Positions 26,707-37,984 are shown, counted from the first letter of the stretch. The stretch: 55,383 bases of DNA from a virus (IMGVR_UViG_3300042923_000371:1-55383); one strand, 5' to 3'. A program made the numbers and translations. The notes: a model not told the origin generated them from the letters alone.

Positions 26707-28746
26707 GTGTTAATAATGAATTATAAAGGTTATTTTGATTTTAGCGGTGGATATAATGATACTACCGTTCAAGATATATTAAAAGACAATGAATTGTCAA
26801 CTTGTGAGAATGTCAATATTTCTCCAAGAGGTGAACTGTTACTAAGAGACGGAACATCTAAAATAAACGACACTTCTAAGAATGCAGAGATAACAAGACG
26901 TTTTGAGTATTTAATTAGAGATACATCTATTGTATTAGAAGTTTACAATAAAAAACTTTACCGTGTAGGAAGTCCTGATGTTTTAATACAGACATTAATT
27001 TCAGACAAGCCATATTTCCTACAACAACAAGACGTTATTTATGTTACAGACGGTCAAGAAGTGTATGAGATAGGACAGAAAGACTACTTTTCAAATGTAG
27101 GAACAGTAGACGTAAAGAAAGACAATATAATTCAAGTAGTAGATGATTTTTCCGTTACAACAGTAGCTGGAAACTTCTACAAAGCAAAATCAGACTTAGG
27201 AAGTATTGACCTTAATCTAGCCACATATACAGACACTACAAAGTGGGATAACGTAACAGATATACGATATGCAACATCTAATATTATAAGACCTTTAAAG
27301 TCTTATGTAGCAGGCAAGAAAGAGAAAACAGAAATATCTATCTTTGGAACAGTGACAGAAGCAGGATATATCACTATAACATTAAATTCAGTTGAACATG
27401 ATATAACATTATTAAAAGACAAAACAGCTAGAGAAGTAGCGACACAGATAGCAGGCATGACTATTGAAGGCTATACAGTAACAGCTAAACAAAACGTAGT
27501 AACCTTTGAAGCTAACGACATAGGTTATAAGGAAAATTGTTTAGTAGAGTCATACAACACAGGATTGTCATTAGTAGCCAATGTTGATGTAAATGGTGAA
27601 GATGACGACAACATACTAACGGAAGTAAAGAAATGTACTAAATTTATTCATCATACTAAAAGTGGAAGATACGTTGCGACAGGAAACCCTAACAAACCAT
27701 ATGCTATATATTTTAGTGAAGCATTACAATTAAATTACTTTAAAAAGTTCAACATATTAAGTCCAACATCATCAGAGGGTAGTGCAGTATGCTTAGTCAA
27801 TATGCTTGACAGTGTATTAGTAGGGTATAGACACGCATGGTTTGAATACACAGGAATAGACCCTGCGACAGATGGTGTTTGGAGAAGATTGGCTATTCCT
27901 TTTGGTTGTGCTGCCGAGTATTCAGTTCAAGTATTAGATTTCTATAATTTCGTTTACTTAGCTGATAACGGACTGTATCAAGTATCGGCAAACATATTAA
28001 ACCAATACGGTGTTGTAATGCAGAACAATACAGCAGTTAAAAATATAAGTGACGATAAAATAGAAAACACGATTAAATCAATTATTGATAAAACTAAATG
28101 TGTATCAGTATATCATAATGGAATCTATTATCTAGCCTATAATGACGTTATAGGAACAAATAATAAGATTCTTTTATATTATTCAGATAAAAAAGCTTTC
28201 ACTTTGTATAGTGGAATACAAGCCAATGATTTCCTTTATAGGAAAAATGGAGACTTGGAAATAGCAAGTAAAAATTATTCTTTGAAATTTATAAACACAA
28301 AGCACGCAGATGTTGATATTAACACAGGCGGAGAAAAAAGAATTGAAATAGAAATTAAAACATCAAACTTAGCTTTAAATAATTTTGTATCAGAGAAATT
28401 TATTGATAAGTTGTTTGTACAAGCTAACATAAGTTCTGAATCATTATTAGAACATTTAAGAGCATTAATAAGAATCGACTATGAATCTACTAACATAATT
28501 GACACTAACTTTCAAGAGTTACAAAGTGGTTTTGTTTGGGGCAATCCTTGGGGTACACCATGGGCAAATCATACTACAACAATGCAATCGACTTTCATTA
28601 GAAAGAAAGGTAACAGAATAGCATTGTCTTTCACAAACAAAGGTTTAACGGATATAGGTTCTAATATAATATTTTACGGTTTCGTAATATCCTACAAGGA
28701 ACTTACACCGCATCAACCTATATCTAATTTAAGATTTAAGAGGTGA
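26707..28746 (+). CDS. Tail nozzle / stabilisation protein (beta-propeller; P22 gp10 / T7 gp12-like)
   Basis: DFSGGYN start, ENVNI..G.L..R.G, YFSEAL, FGC, YLADNGLY, ISDDKI. Confidence 0.75.
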   Translation: MLIMNYKGYFDFSGGYNDTTVQDILKDNELSTCENVNISPRGELLLRDGTSKINDTSKNAEITRRFEYLIRDTSIVLEVYNKKLYRVGSPDVLIQTLISDKPYFLQQQDVIYVTDGQEVYEIGQKDYFSNVGTVDVKKDNIIQVVDDFSVTTVAGNFYKAKSDLGSIDLNLATYTDTTKWDNVTDIRYATSNIIRPLKSYVAGKKEKTEISIFGTVTEAGYITITLNSVEHDITLLKDKTAREVATQIAGMTIEGYTVTAKQNVVTFEANDIGYKENCLVESYNTGLSLVANVDVNGEDDDNILTEVKKCTKFIHHTKSGRYVATGNPNKPYAIYFSEALQLNYFKKFNILSPTSSEGSAVCLVNMLDSVLVGYRHAWFEYTGIDPATDGVWRRLAIPFGCAAEYSVQVLDFYNFVYLADNGLYQVSANILNQYGVVMQNNTAVKNISDDKIENTIKSIIDKTKCVSVYHNGIYYLAYNDVIGTNNKILLYYSDKKAFTLYSGIQANDFLYRKNGDLEIASKNYSLKFINTKHADVDINTGGEKRIEIEIKTSNLALNNFVSEKFIDKLFVQANISSESLLEHLRALIRIDYESTNIIDTNFQELQSGFVWGNPWGTPWANHTTTMQSTFIRKKGNRIALSFTNKGLTDIGSNIIFYGFVISYKELTPHQPISNLRFKR

Positions 28747-28750
28747 TAAT

Positions 28751-29437
28751 ATGGCGATACAACAAGAAAGAATATTTAATGCTGATGTAGGACAAGATAG
28801 CGTAGGTAATGCGGGACCTGATGCATTAGAGCAAGATTTAGACAACCTTTATGGAAACAAAGCATGGAAAGATGAAGTGTTAACATTAACAAATACTACA
28901 GCATTTACACCTACACTTGACTATCACCCAATGACTAAAAAGTTTATGGAAACTTATGCAACAGAAAACTTTATGGAAAAGATTACTTATGATTCTACAG
29001 GTAACGGTGTAGTTGATGATGCTGAAAAGGTAAACGGACATACCGTTGAATCAGATGTACCTTTAGATGCTGTATTTACAGATACAGTATATACACACCC
29101 GTCAACTCATGATGCAAGTATGATAGTGCAAACTATAAATGCACAAACAGGAACAACTTATACAGTAGTCGGAACAGATGCAGGAAAAATTGTAACGCTT
29201 AATAATGCAGATGCTATAACAGTAACATTACCTCAAGATTTAGATTTAGCTTTTAGTATTGGCAAGAAAATTGACTTTATAGTCTTAGGTTTAGGCATGG
29301 CAACTTTTCAAGCCGGAACAGGAGCAACATTAAGAACACTATCAACAGCAGTTACAAAAGGACAATACGCATTCGTAACAGCTATCAAAATTGCAAGTAA
29401 TACATGGTTAATAAAAGGTGATTTAAACACTATTTAA
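28751..29437 (+). CDS. Tail fibre / needle-like protein
   Basis: GNGVVDDAEK, FTDTVYTHP, INAQTGTTYT..DAGK...W...GDL fibre motifs. Confidence 0.7.
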   Translation: MAIQQERIFNADVGQDSVGNAGPDALEQDLDNLYGNKAWKDEVLTLTNTTAFTPTLDYHPMTKKFMETYATENFMEKITYDSTGNGVVDDAEKVNGHTVESDVPLDAVFTDTVYTHPSTHDASMIVQTINAQTGTTYTVVGTDAGKIVTLNNADAITVTLPQDLDLAFSIGKKIDFIVLGLGMATFQAGTGATLRTLSTAVTKGQYAFVTAIKIASNTWLIKGDLNTI

Positions 29438-29454
29438 AGTGAAGGAGTGATATT

Positions 29455-30876
29455 ATGGCATTAGGAAGTTTATTAGGTGCAATAGGAAGTGGACTTGCAA
29501 AAGCAGCTTCTAATTACGCAAACGAAAAGAAAAAGAACAATACAACATCATCAAATTCAGCTAGCAATAACACAACAAAAACAACTACAACACCAACTAC
29601 AACACCAACTAACGCAACAAACGAACACGCAAGTTATATCAATCAGAATTATCAAGGTGGCTTAGGTGCTTACACAAAGCTACAACAAGACAGGTATAAT
29701 CAAGCGTTACAAAACAATGATGTTGATTTATTAAACAGATTAAATGCCGATTCTCAAAAGGTAGGCTATAACTTAACAAATCAAAATGTTGCACCACAGT
29801 TCAATGCACAACCTTATATAGACCAAATTAACGCATTAATGAATGAGAACTATCAAAATCAATTATCACAGATACCCATGCCGGATTATTCTATGTATGA
29901 AAAAAACATGAATAATTTTCAAGACGATATGGCATCTCTGCTAGGCACTTTAGAGAATTATCAAGGTGCAGATTCTATGAGTATGGACGAAAGCATGGCA
30001 AGAGCATATTCACAGCTAAACGGAATCTACAATGCTAATCTTGATAAGACTTTAGAGAACTACAACAAGAACGCAGTATCAAGGGGAATGTTTGGACAAC
30101 TTCCTGTTGAAGCTTTAAAACAAAATGCAATAAGCGAAACTGAATTAAATAAGTCTAAGGCTACAAATGACTTAGCAACAAATTTATTCGGTCAAGATTA
30201 TAATATGGCTAGACAGAAAGATGCTGATTTTTACAAGAATATTAATCAGCAAGCAGGGCTATTAACTAATCTGTATAACACAGAAGCCGACCAATATCAA
30301 AATGCTATCAATGAATATATGAATACTGTCAACATGGCAAACATGAAAGATGATAGTTATTATAACGATATTGCTCGACAATTAGACTTAATCAATAGCC
30401 AATATGGAGCATCGCAAGACCAATATAACAATGCTTTAAAATCTTTTTCAACTAACTATGATATTCAATCAAACGATAAAAATCAGCAGTACGAACAAGC
30501 GTTAAATAAGTTTAACATGGGATATGCCGACCAAAGTGTAGCTGACATATTAGGTGTTCCTTTAGGACAGCTACAGCAAATCATAGCTAATTCTATGAAA
30601 AGCAAAAAACCAGTGGACAATAAGCCTAAACTTGATGTTCAAGAATTAACAACATCAGCTAGATTATTAGCAAATCAAATGTACCCTGACGGTCAATATA
30701 CACAAGACCAATATCAAGAAATATATGATTACTTGTATGGCTTGTGGACAGACCCACAGGGTAGCACTATCAATAGAGAAATTGAAGATGAAGTAACAAG
30801 GCGGGCAATGATAGAAGATATGCAGTCGGGCAATTTACCTGGACTAGGTGGCAGTATATTTGACTTAGTAAGATAG
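29455..30876 (+). CDS. Internal virion (DNA ejection) protein
   Basis: Gly/Ala N-terminus, N/Q/Y-rich helical body, SRGM motif; position after the tail genes. Confidence 0.65.
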   Translation: MALGSLLGAIGSGLAKAASNYANEKKKNNTTSSNSASNNTTKTTTTPTTTPTNATNEHASYINQNYQGGLGAYTKLQQDRYNQALQNNDVDLLNRLNADSQKVGYNLTNQNVAPQFNAQPYIDQINALMNENYQNQLSQIPMPDYSMYEKNMNNFQDDMASLLGTLENYQGADSMSMDESMARAYSQLNGIYNANLDKTLENYNKNAVSRGMFGQLPVEALKQNAISETELNKSKATNDLATNLFGQDYNMARQKDADFYKNINQQAGLLTNLYNTEADQYQNAINEYMNTVNMANMKDDSYYNDIARQLDLINSQYGASQDQYNNALKSFSTNYDIQSNDKNQQYEQALNKFNMGYADQSVADILGVPLGQLQQIIANSMKSKKPVDNKPKLDVQELTTSARLLANQMYPDGQYTQDQYQEIYDYLYGLWTDPQGSTINREIEDEVTRRAMIEDMQSGNLPGLGGSIFDLVR

Positions 30877-30887
30877 AGGTGATTTAA

Positions 30888-33800
30888 ATGAAAGGCGAAC
30901 AATTATACAAACAATTAAAACTTGGAGAGATAAATAAATCACAGCTTACAAATAATGAACTAGGCGAAGTCTACAAATACATGATAGATTCTAAAAAAGT
31001 ATCAGCAAGCGAGATTAAGCCTGCGGTAGCTGAAAGATTTAATTTAAACACTGTCAGTGCTACACCTAAAAGAACAGAGCCTTTTAAAGTTTCTGACTAT
31101 GCTAGGGTAGAAACTTCTAAGACCACACAGCCAATATCACAGCCACAGCCAATAGAAAAACCATCATTGTTGAGTAAACTTGGGTTTAATTCATCACCAT
31201 CAATAAATCTATATCCTACAAGGGATATGAGATACCAGCCACAACCAATGCAACCTATGCAACAACAATCCGCTAACCCTGAAAATGAGTTAGCGGATTT
31301 ATTGACTAATCTTAGCACAGGTAATACAGGAAGAAACCCACAAGGAACAACTGTTAAATATAACGAGAATCCTGTAACTTGGGAAGAGACACCGTTAAAG
31401 GCAGCAGCAGCTAATATTGTTCAAGGCTTTAATACATTAGGTAGAGCAGGCGGGAATATAGTTGATATGACATTGGGTGATGCAAATATTCCTATCGTTG
31501 ACAAATATCTAGAAGATATGAGGATAGCAAAGAATACATCTGATGCTAAAATTGCAAACATAAACAAAGGAACAATACAAAATTTTGCAGGACAAGTATT
31601 TCAAGGAGTAGGGCAAGCTATACCAAGTGTAGCAACAGCTTTGTTTACTGCTCCGTATTCAGCAGCAAATGCAACAGGTAATTTATTAACACAAGGCGGT
31701 ACACAATTAGTTAATAATGTTGCTATGGTTAAAAACCCTACAATGCTATTTAAAGCACAACAGCAAATTACGGATATGTTTAAGAATCCACAGCTTGCAA
31801 CTTCCATGATTCAAAGTGTAGGAATGCAGTACGAACAAGCATTAAATGCAGGAGCAACAAAAGAACAAGCTATAAATTCAGCTATAACAGGTGGCGTTCC
31901 AAGTGGACTTATTGAGGTATTAGGTGGTACAGAATCATTAAGTAAAATGCTAACATCTAAAATGCCTATCGGTAGAGCAATGCTAGAAAGTGGACTTGGT
32001 GAAGCATTAGAAGAAATTATACAATATCCTATTGAAAACTTAGGACAAAAAATTGCATTCGATAAAGATATGCCTTTGTATTCAACAGAGGAACAAGCAA
32101 TAATCAATCCTAAACAACAATTAGAAGCAGGAGCAGTAGCATTTACATCAAGTGCATTAATGGGTGGTGCTGGTAGTTTTATAAATTCAAGTTTAGATAA
32201 ATTGAATAATAACTTTAACAAGAAAATCGAAACTTTACCGCCACAGAAAAAAGAACAGGCTTTAACAATTAAAAAGGTAATAGACGAAAGTTTACCACAG
32301 ATATATGAAGCTGCTTTGCTAGAAGAAGATACAAAGCCTGTAACTGATTTATTTAATCAGTTAGAAACACAATATCCAGAACTTTCAGAATACCTCGAAG
32401 GACATTTAACTAATGTAAATACTTTAAAAGTTGAATATATTTCTAATGCAAAGCAAAACAGCAATATATCAGAGCCAACTACACAGCCGACAGCAAACGA
32501 AAATATCAAAGTCGAACAAATAGTCAATGACGATATAAATATCGCAGAAACAACATTAAAAGACGTTAACGAAGATATTAAAGAAATTGACATACAACCG
32601 ATTGATAATGTTTTCGATTTACAGACACTTAATGAAAATAATAAAATGGTTACGCAACCGATAGATGAAGAAGCTATTGAAGTTCAACCTATCGAAGAAA
32701 TAGAAATGCCGACAGCAGATGATTATTTCTTAGATGAAGAAGTAAAAGAAGATGTTCAAGAGGAAGTACAAGAAGAATACCCTAACGGAACAATTATTAA
32801 AGCCAAGAATGGCGAAACTTATACAGTAACTTCTATGAACGAAGATACTTATGTTGTTACGAACGAAAGAACGAAACAAGAGAACGAATATTCTTTAGGT
32901 GGGTTGAAGAGGTTGGGAACTGTACAAGGAAATGCTTTAAAAAATAATGGCGAACAACCTATAATTGAAGATGTTGTAAATGAATCAGACAATCAACGAC
33001 TTACTTATACAGAAGGTATAGAAAGTAATACAGAGACCATTAAGCCTTTAACAGAGAATAAAACTAACACTAGCGAGCAAACGCTCAATGAAGATATAAA
33101 CGTTGCTTTAAGAAAGAATAATGACGTACAGGAAGAAAATAACACATCACAGCAAGAGGAAATTAACGTACCTTCACAATTCTTAGGTGAAACACCTATC
33201 AATCCTCTAGCAAATGAAGACGGATACATTAAACTAGGTAATGAACAGCCAGAGCCGATTAATAAAAAGTTTACCTATGACAATGAAGAACTAGAAACAC
33301 AGCATAAGAATAACAGAATTACAAAAGCTAGTAAATTGGAAAAAATAAAAGAGTTGGCAAGTGAATTTAAAAAGGCTGCTACTAGGACATTTAGAGATAT
33401 AGACCCTAAACTTTCAGAAAATGCAGAAATCTTGAAAGAATTAATTAGATACCCGAAACTCAAATCAATATCAGGTGATGAAACGACTAGAGTGCTTTTA
33501 GATATAATCGAAAGGGAAAACGAAGGACTTTCAGCAGAGGAATATAACAGATTTGAAAGATTTGTTTTCTTAGCTGACTTAATGGAAGAAATAGAATCAG
33601 GAAGAACATTGCCTGGACTTTGGACAGAAGAATCGGTTAAAAGGAATTACAATAACCTTAAAGCTTCACTTAATGAAAACATTCAAAAGGCTGTTGATAG
33701 AAGGAAAGCTTATTGGGATAATATAATTAAAGATTATTTAAGTGCTATGGAATCTATTGGTTTTGATGTTAAAGATAGATTCGATAAAAAGAACTATTTC

Positions 33801-36011
33801 AGACACCAAGTTTTAGAATATGTTAATGCTAAGAACTTAGCAGGGGCAGGAAGTAAAGTTAAGGTAAAGCAAAGAGGTTACACAAAGCAAAGAAAAGGTA
33901 CTGAAAAAGCTATCAACGAAGATTATATACAAGCTGAATATGAAGTGCTTGCAACAATGCTTTATGACAAAGAAGTTGCTTTAATGCTTAAAAGAATTGA
34001 TAAAAACTATGGAATCAAAGGACAGCTAAAAGCACAGGCTAAAGAAGAGAACAAAGCCATAAAAGAACGAAATGAAATATTAGCAGAAGGAGACCCAAAG
34101 GAAGAAAGAGTTACATGGAAAGATTTAATACCGGAAGGCTATACAACTTGGCAACCAATAGCAGGGAAACACTTATTCACAGCTAACACTATATCGGAAA
34201 AATTTGCAGAAGCATTAATCACTGATACTTTAGACCAACTGTCAACATCTGATAAGAAAGTAAAAGAAATGTTAGTTATGGGATTGGATAAAGAGCAATT
34301 TGTATTACCTGTAAATATAGCCGACACTTTGGATAGAGTTTATAACAATCAGCAACAAGATAAATTACTTCAACAAATACTAAGTACACCTTTAAATATA
34401 TGGAAATCTTGGGTATTAACAGTAAATCCTAGACAGGTAGTCAAATATAACCTTAGAAATATAACAGGTGATATTGACGGTCTAATGGCAGCAGCAGGAT
34501 TTAAAGCTTTCAATCCTAAACTTGTAGGCAGGGCATCAAAAGAGTTATTTAATTCTATGAGATTTGGAAGATTTACAAAGGACTTGTTAGAGTTTAGAGA
34601 CAAAGGCGGCTTTCAAGATTTAATGTACGCACAGGAACTAGGCGAACTTAATGAAATGAAGCAGTTTAAAATCTACAACAAGAATGACACTGATAATATT
34701 ATCAGAAAAGCAATTAAAAAAATGCCTGGACTTAATCTTTATACTGACTTTACGGAAAACTTGACGAATTACAGAGAAAGTATATTCAGATATTCAGCTT
34801 ATTTATATTTTAAAGAAGATATAAAAAAGAACGGTAAGCCTACTTATTATGGTGCTTCTAACAGAAACAGAATTGATGGACTAAAGACTATTGAAGATAA
34901 AGCTTATCAGTTAAGCAAAGATGCTTTAGGCTCATATGATGAAATTACGGAAGTAGGGCAAGCAATTAAAAAGTATCTGATACCTTTTTATAGTTGGAAT
35001 GAAGTTAATATGAAACGTTATAAGAGGGTATTTGAGAACACAATCAAAGATATTAAAGCACAAGAGGAAGTCGGTAAAAAGGTAATGTCTGGACTACAAT
35101 TAACAGGATATACAGGACTTAATGCGACAAGATTAATAGGCAAAATGACAATAAGAGTTTTATTTGCATCTGCTTTATTAATGGCATGGAATAGGTTTAT
35201 GTTTCCTGATGATGATGACGAATTGCCAGATGATGTTAAGAATACACCTCATTTAACTTTAGGTAGAGATGAAAAAGGCAATATAATTTATTTTAGTAGA
35301 TTGGGTGCATTGAATGATGTTTTTGATTGGTTTGGCTTAGACCAAATATATACTGACGTTCAAGATATAATGAAAGAAAGAAAAACAGTTAAAGAGCAAG
35401 CGGAAGATATGGCGATTGCACCATTAAACAAGTTGCTAAATTCCATAAGTCCATTTATCAAAACACCGGTGGAAATTCTAAGCGGAAGTTCATACTATCC
35501 TGATTTTAGGAATCCAAGTGCTATAAGAGATAAAAGTTATTATATTGCAAACTCTTTAGGACTAGGAGAGGAATACAGACGAATAGCTGGACTGCCTGTT
35601 GAAACTTCATATGCTGAAACATGGCAGAAAGCTTTGATATACAAAAGCAATCCAGAGGTTAATGCTTACTACAAAGCTATCGACCTTAAATATCAGTTTG
35701 AAGAAAAAGTATTGAAGCAACAATCAGGTAGAATGTTAGGCGGTAGCGAAAAGTCCGAGGCGCTTTATTATTACAAAATGGCTTTGAAGTATGACGATAA
35801 AAAGGCTGCGGATAAATATTTAAAACTCTACTACAAATTAGGCGGTACTGATAAAGGACTTAAACAAAGTTTAGGCTCTTTAAATCCTATGTATGGTTTA
35901 GTGGAAAAAAGAGGGGAACGAGAACAATTTGAGAAATGGCTTACAGAGGAAGAAAGACAAATATTAGATATTGCAATGAAATATTTCGAAAATCTAATAG
36001 AACAGAAATAA
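30888..36011 (+). CDS. Large DNA ejection / polyvalent protein with LPD38-like C-terminus
   Basis: 1707 aa; hydrophobic Gly/Ala region, acidic linker, IPFYSW...WN...ELPDD...SPFIKTPVE. Confidence 0.7.
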   Translation: MKGEQLYKQLKLGEINKSQLTNNELGEVYKYMIDSKKVSASEIKPAVAERFNLNTVSATPKRTEPFKVSDYARVETSKTTQPISQPQPIEKPSLLSKLGFNSSPSINLYPTRDMRYQPQPMQPMQQQSANPENELADLLTNLSTGNTGRNPQGTTVKYNENPVTWEETPLKAAAANIVQGFNTLGRAGGNIVDMTLGDANIPIVDKYLEDMRIAKNTSDAKIANINKGTIQNFAGQVFQGVGQAIPSVATALFTAPYSAANATGNLLTQGGTQLVNNVAMVKNPTMLFKAQQQITDMFKNPQLATSMIQSVGMQYEQALNAGATKEQAINSAITGGVPSGLIEVLGGTESLSKMLTSKMPIGRAMLESGLGEALEEIIQYPIENLGQKIAFDKDMPLYSTEEQAIINPKQQLEAGAVAFTSSALMGGAGSFINSSLDKLNNNFNKKIETLPPQKKEQALTIKKVIDESLPQIYEAALLEEDTKPVTDLFNQLETQYPELSEYLEGHLTNVNTLKVEYISNAKQNSNISEPTTQPTANENIKVEQIVNDDINIAETTLKDVNEDIKEIDIQPIDNVFDLQTLNENNKMVTQPIDEEAIEVQPIEEIEMPTADDYFLDEEVKEDVQEEVQEEYPNGTIIKAKNGETYTVTSMNEDTYVVTNERTKQENEYSLGGLKRLGTVQGNALKNNGEQPIIEDVVNESDNQRLTYTEGIESNTETIKPLTENKTNTSEQTLNEDINVALRKNNDVQEENNTSQQEEINVPSQFLGETPINPLANEDGYIKLGNEQPEPINKKFTYDNEELETQHKNNRITKASKLEKIKELASEFKKAATRTFRDIDPKLSENAEILKELIRYPKLKSISGDETTRVLLDIIERENEGLSAEEYNRFERFVFLADLMEEIESGRTLPGLWTEESVKRNYNNLKASLNENIQKAVDRRKAYWDNIIKDYLSAMESIGFDVKDRFDKKNYFRHQVLEYVNAKNLAGAGSKVKVKQRGYTKQRKGTEKAINEDYIQAEYEVLATMLYDKEVALMLKRIDKNYGIKGQLKAQAKEENKAIKERNEILAEGDPKEERVTWKDLIPEGYTTWQPIAGKHLFTANTISEKFAEALITDTLDQLSTSDKKVKEMLVMGLDKEQFVLPVNIADTLDRVYNNQQQDKLLQQILSTPLNIWKSWVLTVNPRQVVKYNLRNITGDIDGLMAAAGFKAFNPKLVGRASKELFNSMRFGRFTKDLLEFRDKGGFQDLMYAQELGELNEMKQFKIYNKNDTDNIIRKAIKKMPGLNLYTDFTENLTNYRESIFRYSAYLYFKEDIKKNGKPTYYGASNRNRIDGLKTIEDKAYQLSKDALGSYDEITEVGQAIKKYLIPFYSWNEVNMKRYKRVFENTIKDIKAQEEVGKKVMSGLQLTGYTGLNATRLIGKMTIRVLFASALLMAWNRFMFPDDDDELPDDVKNTPHLTLGRDEKGNIIYFSRLGALNDVFDWFGLDQIYTDVQDIMKERKTVKEQAEDMAIAPLNKLLNSISPFIKTPVEILSGSSYYPDFRNPSAIRDKSYYIANSLGLGEEYRRIAGLPVETSYAETWQKALIYKSNPEVNAYYKAIDLKYQFEEKVLKQQSGRMLGGSEKSEALYYYKMALKYDDKKAADKYLKLYYKLGGTDKGLKQSLGSLNPMYGLVEKRGEREQFEKWLTEEERQILDIAMKYFENLIEQK

Positions 36012-36030
36012 CAAAGCTTAATATGTGAAT

Positions 36031-36058
36031 AAGGACAGTGTTTTTATACTGTCCTTTT
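36031..36058 (+). terminator. Rho-independent terminator
   Basis: AAGGACAGT/ACTGTCCTT plus T-run. Confidence 0.7.
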
Positions 36059-36090
36059 ATATTGTCGAAGGACGTTAAATGAGGTGGTTA

Positions 36091-36417
36091 ATGGAAGATT
36101 GGGTTAAGGAATATTGGATAAAGGCATTATTTGGCGGTGTTATTAGTGCCTTTGGTGTATCGGTAGCTTGGGCGAAAAAGAAGTTTAAAAGGCAAGTAGC
36201 TTTAGAGTTAGGCATTCAAGCTTTATTAAGAAATGAAATAAGACAAGCATACAAGGAATGTGTTAACAAGGAATATTGTTCATTAGACGATATGGAAAAT
36301 ATTCAAGATATGTATGACAGTTACCATGCTTTAGGTGGTAATGGCTCTGTTACTAGGCTAATGGAGAAATTAAAAAAAATGGATACGGAAAAACCTATAA
36401 AAGAAAAGGAGTGTTAA
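36091..36417 (+). CDS. Holin-like membrane protein (GGNG family)
   Basis: N-terminal TM; GIQALLR...YDSYHALGGNG; start of lysis cassette. Confidence 0.65.
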   Translation: MEDWVKEYWIKALFGGVISAFGVSVAWAKKKFKRQVALELGIQALLRNEIRQAYKECVNKEYCSLDDMENIQDMYDSYHALGGNGSVTRLMEKLKKMDTEKPIKEKEC

Positions 36418-36419
36418 AA

Positions 36420-36632
36420 ATGGAAGAAAAGAAAGAAAAAACTTTTAAGGGTCAGTTAGCAAAATTAATTGATGTAAAAAGTATTGTAACGATAGCTTTA
36501 GTATTTACTTTGGTATTTGTGGTAGTAAGCGGTAGACCAGTGGAAGAAAAAATATTATTACTTTTTTCTAACTGTGTTACAAGTATAATTACATACTTTT
36601 TTACAAAGAAAGACCAACAGAAAGCAGAATAG
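36420..36632 (+). CDS. Holin
   Basis: KLIDVKSIVT, two TM helices; directly before the endolysin. Confidence 0.7.
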   Translation: MEEKKEKTFKGQLAKLIDVKSIVTIALVFTLVFVVVSGRPVEEKILLLFSNCVTSIITYFFTKKDQQKAE

Positions 36633-36670
36633 GAGCGGTAGAAATACCGCTTTTTAAAGAGGGTGATTTT

Positions 36671-37951
36671 ATGAGTTATTTAGTAATACTAGATGCAGGG
36701 CATGGATTGAACACGTCAGGAAAAAGGACACCGCCATTTGATGACGGAACAGTAATGTATGAAAATGCATTCAACAGGGATATTGTTAGACGAATAGATT
36801 CTATGCTAGAAAGTGAAAATGAGGTTGATGTATTTTTTACAACTACTGAAAAAAGAGATATTCATTTAGATGAAAGAGTAGGCAGAGTTAATCAACTATA
36901 CGAAAAGGTTAAACCATTATATGACAAAATAGTTTTAGTATCTGTTCATGCTAATGCCATGAAAGATTATTGGAATGATATAGGAAACGGAACAGCTACT
37001 TTTCATTATCCCGGGAATGAAGTTGACGAGAAATTTGCAGAAGTTATTCAAAAGAATCTCATTGCTAAGACAGGACTTAAACCTCATAGGGGCGGTGTTG
37101 TTGCAGCAGACTTTCAAATAATCAGAGATGTGTCATGTACTGCTTGTTTGTGTGAATGTGCTTTTATGGACAACAAAGAAGAAGCTAAGTTATTAATATC
37201 TGATGATTTTAGACAAGCTTGTGCAGAAGGTATTGTAAACGGACTAAAGGAGTATTTTGGAATTAAGAAAGAAGTTGATAACATGGAATATAAAAAGTAT
37301 AATGACAGAATACATGAACTAAAAAGCAACGTTGAGGAATTAGATGTAAAAATAGTTGATAAGAAAATCTTTGATATTACCGAATATACTAATTGTACTA
37401 ACGGAACATTTTATTGGTATGACGATAAAGGAAAAACATATCCTACAAGCATTTTATATGCGGATAACACAATTTATCAAAATTTAGCAAATCACTATTT
37501 AAGATTCAATGCTCCCCAATCTGTTTTCATAGTTTATAAAAATGATACGGTTGACATGAAACGTATTAAGAGTATATCAGAACTCAAATTAGATGATATA
37601 AGGCTTGTTGTAGGTGGTTTAGGTTTAAGGAATACCTTAGATACTACATTTAAGTATTCTCCTGTTACAGAGGGCTTTAAAGGGCTATATGCTGACGTAC
37701 TAAGAAAGACTAATAAAACAGTGCTAGGTTATAACAAGCGATTAAATAAAGTGTATTTATTGACCGTCAAGAACGCAACTCATGGCGAATTATTGGACAT
37801 CGTTTCTGATAACAGCACAGGCGAAGCTTACGACCTTGCAATTTCATTAGATGGTGGCGGTAGCACCTTTATGGATGCTAACAAAGAATATGTTTTCGAG
37901 GGGCAAGATTCAAGACGAATTAATAACATAATAGGCTTTAACTTAGACTAG
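36671..37951 (+). CDS. Endolysin: N-acetylmuramoyl-L-alanine amidase (Amidase_3) + phosphodiester-glycosidase (NAGPA-like) domain
   Basis: ILDAGHG, E, SVHANA, ECAFMDN; C-terminal NGTF and AISLDGGGST. Confidence 0.88.
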   Translation: MSYLVILDAGHGLNTSGKRTPPFDDGTVMYENAFNRDIVRRIDSMLESENEVDVFFTTTEKRDIHLDERVGRVNQLYEKVKPLYDKIVLVSVHANAMKDYWNDIGNGTATFHYPGNEVDEKFAEVIQKNLIAKTGLKPHRGGVVAADFQIIRDVSCTACLCECAFMDNKEEAKLLISDDFRQACAEGIVNGLKEYFGIKKEVDNMEYKKYNDRIHELKSNVEELDVKIVDKKIFDITEYTNCTNGTFYWYDDKGKTYPTSILYADNTIYQNLANHYLRFNAPQSVFIVYKNDTVDMKRIKSISELKLDDIRLVVGGLGLRNTLDTTFKYSPVTEGFKGLYADVLRKTNKTVLGYNKRLNKVYLLTVKNATHGELLDIVSDNSTGEAYDLAISLDGGGSTFMDANKEYVFEGQDSRRINNIIGFNLD

Positions 37952-37970
37952 GGAAACCTAGTCTTTTTTT
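37945..37970 (+). terminator. Rho-independent terminator
   Basis: AGACTAGG-GAAA-CCTAGTCT plus T-run. Confidence 0.8.
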
Positions 37971-37984
37971 ATTTATAAAAACGT

